Source: an uncultured Trueperaceae bacterium
GTDB lineage: Bacteria > Deinococcota > Deinococci > Deinococcales > Trueperaceae
NCBI GenBank assembly: GCA_963799485.1
Contig: CAWCXJ010000004.1
Coordinates: 181,470 to 245,469 of the forward strand
Direction of reading: 5' to 3'
DNA length: 64,000 bases
The notes beneath the pieces were generated by a model. That model saw nothing but the letters and a program-made list of their open reading frames with translations, searched no databases and was not told the origin of the DNA. A program made the translations under genes and the position numbers. Below, piece after piece: positions 60,749 through 64,000 of this stretch (within the stretch, counting starts at the first letter, position 1; the number at the start of each line of letters is the position of its first letter).

Positions 60749-60790
60749 AAAGATGTGAAGCAAAGTAAGAATACTTTGCTTCACATCTTT
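60749..60790. repeat. Perfect 19-bp inverted repeat
   Basis: AAAGATGTGAAGCAAAGTA-AGAA-TACTTTGCTTCACATCTTT. Confidence 0.9.
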
Positions 60791-60840
60791 ACGCTTGGGG
60801 GGATTTGGGTAGCTATGGTCAGGCTATCGATGTAATTCCG

Positions 60841-60876
60841 TAAAAGAACTGCCATTTATGAGTGGCAGTTCTTTTA
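60841..60876. terminator. Terminator-like hairpin
   Basis: TAAAAGAACTGCCA...TGGCAGTTCTTTTA. Confidence 0.65.
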
Positions 60877-60969
60877 GTCCAACAAAGTTCTCTCTGAAAG
60901 CCAAGTCTTATCGTGGTTATAAGATAACAGAGGTTGTTTAGCTTTGCAAAAACTTGCGGAGGATTCAAA

Positions 60970-61893
60970 GTGATATCGAAAAGATACGTCGCAACCGCCC
61001 TTCTGTGTAGTTTGTTTCTCCTTGCTGCCTGCACCGAGACCCAACGCCCACCTACGAACGATACGCCGATGAATTACGATGACCCCCGCATTTTGCGCGG
61101 TGTGTGGACAGGTCAGAGCGAGGCCGGGGCTACCCTCACCCTCGATTTAAGAACGAAAAGCCCTTCAGCTCGAGGTTACACCTCCGTCGGTACGTTTAAG
61201 TTAGGCGATGCGCCTGAAGTTTTATTCTCGGCTTACACGCAAATCCCGCTTGCTGCCGGTTCTTTTTCGGCGGCTCAGCAAGACGATTGCACAGGCAATG
61301 TCACCGGTCAAGTTGACAACACCTTCGGCATGGAGACCGAACTTCTTTTCGATGTTTGTGGTACGACGCCCAGCGGTTCACCGCCTGAGTTTCGTATGAC
61401 GCTGATAGACCGCAACGGCCCCACGCCGGTAGAGAGCAACTTCATCTTAGTCAAGCAGCCCGATGAACCTGACCCCGACTACCTCGTTAAAGGAAGTATC
61501 GTGCGACTTCGCGGTGTACCCAATACCTATGACGGCGAGTTCGTTTTCACCGAAGACTCTCACGCTATCGTTCAGCTCTTCTACTCTCCCTCATATTTTG
61601 GCGATGCTCCTAGAGAGTTGTTGACCCAAACGACGATAGAACCCATTACAGACTTTCCCATCTCTTTCCAGCTCGAGGGCGACCCGGAAGAAGTGTTCAA
61701 GCGCGAAGGCGATTACTACCTAAATGTCGGGGTATTTTCGGGGGACGGCGGGCCGAGCGGTGAAACATTTGCGGTCGGTGACCTTACGAATGAAGTTTTT
61801 ACGCCCGCTGCAGAACCCGGAGCAGAAGTCAGAGTCGAAGTTACCGGGCTCGAGCGGTGTAAGGGAAGTGACGGTGGAAACTGTGTGCCATAG
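60970..61893 (+). CDS. Hypothetical lipoprotein
   Basis: LLAAC lipobox after a basic/hydrophobic N-terminus from GTG 60970. Acidic, beta-rich body. Confidence 0.75.
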   Translation: MISKRYVATALLCSLFLLAACTETQRPPTNDTPMNYDDPRILRGVWTGQSEAGATLTLDLRTKSPSARGYTSVGTFKLGDAPEVLFSAYTQIPLAAGSFSAAQQDDCTGNVTGQVDNTFGMETELLFDVCGTTPSGSPPEFRMTLIDRNGPTPVESNFILVKQPDEPDPDYLVKGSIVRLRGVPNTYDGEFVFTEDSHAIVQLFYSPSYFGDAPRELLTQTTIEPITDFPISFQLEGDPEEVFKREGDYYLNVGVFSGDGGPSGETFAVGDLTNEVFTPAAEPGAEVRVEVTGLERCKGSDGGNCVP

Positions 61894-62156
61894 CAAAACA
61901 GATAACCATAAACGCAACGTTTTGCGTTCGTCATAAGCTGCAGGGTTTGTCATCAGACGGTTGCAAAACTCGGCGCGGGCTCGAGCCTGTTCGCTACACC
62001 ACGTTTGCAGAGGGCGTAAAATACATGGCTTTTACGGAGGCCGTGCAGCAGAGCCTTGGGGAGCAAAGAAGCGTTTCACTTCGTGAAATTCAAGAATAGC
62101 TGAGCTTAAACGTTGGGTGTCAAACTGCCGCAAGTCCCGGTCTTCCGGCGGTTTTT

Positions 62157-62510
62157 CTACCCGAGCGGCGCAGCCTCGTCCCAGCCTGCCAGAATGTGGT
62201 ACATGCGTGTGAAACACCTCCTGCCCCGCTCCCGGCCCGACATTGACGACCAGGCGGTAATCTTCCAGCCCGTTGGCCCTTGCGGTTTTGACTGCCGCTT
62301 CAAAAAGCGCGCCCACATCTCCAGAGCCTTGCGCGTCCAGCATTTCGTCCAGACGCGGGCTGAGGGCTTTGGGAATTACCAAAAGGTGAACCGGCGCTTT
62401 CGGGGCAATATCTTTGATGGCGATGAAGTCGTCGTCTTCGAGACCTTCGTTGCCGGAATCTCGCCGTCGATGATTTTCTGAAAGATGCCTTTTTCTGTAC
62501 CGTTTGTCAT
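62157..62510 (-). CDS. hinT: HIT family nucleotide-binding protein with two single-base indels
   Basis: IFQKIIDGEIPATKV / EDDDFIAIKDIAPKAPVHLLVIPK...VNVGPGAGQEVFHTHV / HILAG, split by two frameshifts. AAGGAG SD. Confidence 0.8.
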
Positions 62511-63616
62511 AAGTCTCCTTTGGGGATGGCGGTGGGTGTACTCAAGACCAGATTATCGCGGTGAATCACCTCGTCGTAATCTTTGCCCCCGAGCAGTTCT
62601 GCAATCTCGAGAGTATGTCTACCCTGAATCTTTTGAAGCGCGTCGCTCGAGTAGTTGCTCAAGCCTTGTGCGACCCGCTCGCCCGCGTGTGTCACGGCTA
62701 CGGCGTCGCCAAAAGAAAAACTGCCCGATACACCCGTAATGCCTTTGGGCAGCAAACTGCGTCCGTTGTGCAGCGCCCGGAGTGCGCCCGCATCGACCTC
62801 GAGACTCCCCTTCGTGCGCTGCTGCGCCAGCCAGCTTTTACGCGACGGCGTGTGCGCTTTGGCTGAAAACCGTGTTCCCCGGACGTCGCCCCTTGCGAGG
62901 GCCTCAAGCCCCGCCCCGCCGCCGCCGATAATCAGCGTTTCCGTTCCGGCAGCCGTGGCGAGCGCCGCCGCGCGAAGTTTGGTGACCATCCCGCCCGTGC
63001 CGCGCGTGGTTCCGGCGCTGCCTGCTAGGTGCTGCACGCGGCTCACGTCTTCGACCAACGTAAGCCGTTTCGCGGTTGGGTTAAAGCGCGGGTCGCTGTC
63101 GTAAAGCCCGTCTACGTCGGTCAGGATAACGAGCGCGTCGGCCCCGACGAGGTGCGAGGCCCACGCGGAAAGGCTGTCGTTGTCGCCGAACCGGATTTCG
63201 CTCGTCGCTACCGAATCGTTTTCGTTGATAACCGGCAGTGCGCCGAGCTTTAGGGACGCCTCGAGCGCGTTTTTTGCGTTCACGTAACGTTCACGGTCTT
63301 GGATGTCGGCAGCTGTAAGTAAAAGCTGTGCGACGGGTGTAGGGGCGACAGCGCGCGCCCACTCGAGCATCAGGAGCGTCTGACCGACCGCCGCCGCCGC
63401 CTGTTTTTCCGGCAAGGTCAAAGGCAGCGACACCCCGAGCCGTTCGCGCCCCGCTGCGCCCGCACCCGAGGAGACCAACACGACCTTGCAACCGAGTTGG
63501 GTTTGAAGGGTGCCGAGCCCGCGAGCGAGCGCCCACAACAGCGGCGGATAGATGCGCCCGCCCGCGTCGGTGAGGCTGCTCGTCCCGACCTTGACAACGA
63601 CACGCCGCCACTTCAT
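62507..63616 (-). CDS. proB: Glutamate 5-kinase
   Basis: VVKVGTSSL, VSSGA, AAVGQ, INENDSV, FGDNDSL, GTGGM.TKL, PUA domain. Confidence 0.96.
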   Translation of the reverse strand: MKWRRVVVKVGTSSLTDAGGRIYPPLLWALARGLGTLQTQLGCKVVLVSSGAGAAGRERLGVSLPLTLPEKQAAAAVGQTLLMLEWARAVAPTPVAQLLLTAADIQDRERYVNAKNALEASLKLGALPVINENDSVATSEIRFGDNDSLSAWASHLVGADALVILTDVDGLYDSDPRFNPTAKRLTLVEDVSRVQHLAGSAGTTRGTGGMVTKLRAAALATAAGTETLIIGGGGAGLEALARGDVRGTRFSAKAHTPSRKSWLAQQRTKGSLEVDAGALRALHNGRSLLPKGITGVSGSFSFGDAVAVTHAGERVAQGLSNYSSDALQKIQGRHTLEIAELLGGKDYDEVIHRDNLVLSTPTAIPKGDL

Positions 63617-63625
63617 CTGTTTACG

Positions 63626-63883
63626 TTACTCATCGGCGTAGTGCAAAAATGCTTCAGGAATAACGGTTTTGTCTACGAAAAGCACCTCACCCTCGCGTTT
63701 GGCGCGGCCCTGACGTTCCAAAGCCTTCAAACTCGCCTGCACCTTGCCCTGTACCTGCCGTAAAAACGCCGCGTTCCAGTCGTTTTCACCGGGGCGCACG
63801 GTTTCTAAAAAGGCGCGGTGAAAGCTGGGCAGTTCGTCTAGCGGGATGCGGGTCTCGAGCCGTTGCCAGTCTACAAAGTCCAT
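63626..63883 (-). CDS. Hypothetical protein (85 aa)
   Basis: Co-oriented directly upstream of proB. TAACAT lies 6 nt before the ATG. Confidence 0.7.
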   Translation of the reverse strand: MDFVDWQRLETRIPLDELPSFHRAFLETVRPGENDWNAAFLRQVQGKVQASLKALERQGRAKREGEVLFVDKTVIPEAFLHYADE

Positions 63884-64000
63884 AACGCCATGTTACCCGG
63901 GTGAGCGAGCTTTAGCTCGAGCTGAACCGCTAGTGAGTGCTAAACTGATTGGGGCACTCGCCCACCTGGAAATTACCCGCCTAGAAAGGTGTTGTTATGC

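Overview
A GC-rich bacterial chromosomal segment. Gene content and the many leaderless-looking genes suggest Deinococcota, possibly Truepera-like; this is inferred, not shown. Housekeeping and metabolic genes occupy 1-35.3 kb and 61-64 kb: a PKD/Ig surface protein, polyprenyl synthase, ilvD, galT, xylB, a DHS-like enzyme, a CPA1 antiporter, rsmD, dgt, hisN-like, rsmF, proB and hinT. A higher-GC, all-plus-strand accessory region at about 35.5-60.5 kb carries redox, sugar and copper genes: CFA-like methyltransferase, epimerase/VKOR, GH15, zwf, gnd, three YHS domains, an orphan cytochrome b, HMA, a three-domain NirK-like enzyme, a CsoR-type operator, nhaA and several gene remnants. The best candidate for an undescribed system is at 10.75-13.66 kb. 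An 815-aa MalT/STAND-like TPR-wHTH-BTAD regulator is followed by a 38-aa secreted pre-peptide that the ORF track missed. A divergent 60-aa ORF sits between them, and both small genes have mirror-image promoters carrying 11-bp-phased direct repeats. This is a receptor/pheromone/output layout like RRNPP or arbitrium peptide signalling. Other observations: a duplicated promoter with a TGACC-N6-GGTC box heading two island operons, a YHS-DMT cassette flanked by 75-bp copies of the gnd start, strong CTCGAG enrichment, and single-base frameshifts after 54 kb that may be sequencing errors. No tRNA, rRNA, CRISPR array, integrase or transposase was recognised.
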